Positions 62,944-64,000 of a DNA stretch of 64,000 bases are shown in pieces. The notes below the pieces were generated by a model. The model had not been told where the DNA came from. It made no database searches and worked only from the letters and a program-made list of their open reading frames with translations. The position numbers were made by a program, and so were the translations under genes. The DNA lies in assembly GCA_002633005.1 (NCBI GenBank), contig NMRA01000298.1, positions 171,887 through 235,886 of the forward strand. Reading direction: 5' to 3'. Source of the stretch: Phoronis australis. Lineage: Eukaryota; Animalia; Phoronida. Within the stretch, counting starts at the first letter, position 1, and every line of letters starts with the position of its first letter.

Positions 62944-64000
62944 CTATTAGTGAAATAATGAAATTGGTTGACACACCACGAGTTTGTTTTAGAGCAGTAA
63001 GCGTACTAACTTGTGGATCTAGGATATCGCTAGCCTTAGTACAAAGTTGTTTAATAAGCATACAGATTTGCACAGACGTGGGTAAAAAAGTGGTAAGATA
63101 AAATTTGACGGGAAGTTAATCTCAATAAAAAGTACAATCTTCGTTGAGTAAACTAAATTATTTAACAGTGTTGGAAAAAATGGCGTTCTACCGTTATTCT
63201 GCTGCTAAAGTTGTGAAGCGAGCTTTAGCGACGGCGTTCGGTGACATGAAATATTGCGTCACCTATTGGCCAGTTTATTTTTTCGCCTATTTTTCAATCA
63301 GTCGTTGCTCTGTCACGAGCTTGCATACACGTCCCAAAAATTATTGGAACTGGTTTCACTTCATTTTAAGTTTTTAGAAATTTGGTATCGAAAACCTTAA
63401 TTTCAGAACAACTTGCTGCTTCAAAGTTGTCGCAAAAAATTAGGAAATGGCGCGTGCTTGTGACACGAGCGTACTGTTTTCAAAATGACGACATACTTTT
63501 CATTGTTAGAAAAGGCAGAGAGTCACGCGAGAAAATGACGTTTGTTGTATTGTATTGCTTATCACTTAAACGGCTCTAACAGGCAAGGTGGGTGTCGGTT
63601 GATTCCCAGATTTAGCATGCGTCCCGTCTGGTCTTTAGCTCTACATGTTGATACAAGTTTCACGGCGAGGTGACGAGCAGAACAACACTGGCTGTATGCA
63701 ATATCCGGGTTTACGGAAAAAATACACACAATGGTACCTAGCTGTATTTTGACGACTGTCTTCATACAGCTAGATGGCTGGCTAGAAAAGCGCAATCGCA
63801 AGGGGGCCCAACTTCACTTTTTCTTGTATAGCGTCCACATTTAACTTTAAAAAGGCGTTCTACTTCTTCGTTTAGTTAGACCCAAGAGCAGTGCCCCTAA
63901 ACTAAGCCAGCCAGCTTTCTGTATGAAGACTTTAGTCAAAGTACAGCTATGTACGAAATAGCGTTTAAGTCTGGCTTAACGGTATTAAAATTCTAAGAAC

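Overview
Intron-rich, AT-rich eukaryotic DNA from a draft assembly with N gaps, most likely a marine invertebrate (inferred from TACATGTA abundance and the repeat families). The main content is a tandem pair of paralogous minus-strand spliced genes, reconstructed by hand from GT-AG sites with consistent intron phases. Gene A has 8 exons in the window (33226 to 6583) and runs off the left edge; gene B has 10 exons (62943 to stop at 41394) and starts beyond the right edge. Combined, they define a secreted protein of about 678 aa: signal peptide, PAN/Apple-like module, Cys-rich EGF-like module, CTHRC1-type C-terminal domain, fibronectin type II domain, then two more CTHRC1-type domains, with no collagen Gly-X-Y repeat. 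Three decayed exon copies lie between and within the genes. Introns and intergenic DNA carry many transposon relics: a CR1/L2-like LINE in an inverted arrangement, two Academ-like elements, three nested DINE-1/Helentron-like elements, a Penelope-like element with inverted pseudo-LTR and hammerhead motifs, an ISL2EU/Harbinger-type transposase, SINEs and MITEs. A possible fossil LRR/Toll-like gene sits in one intron of both paralogs. All family assignments come from motif recognition by eye; no database search was run.
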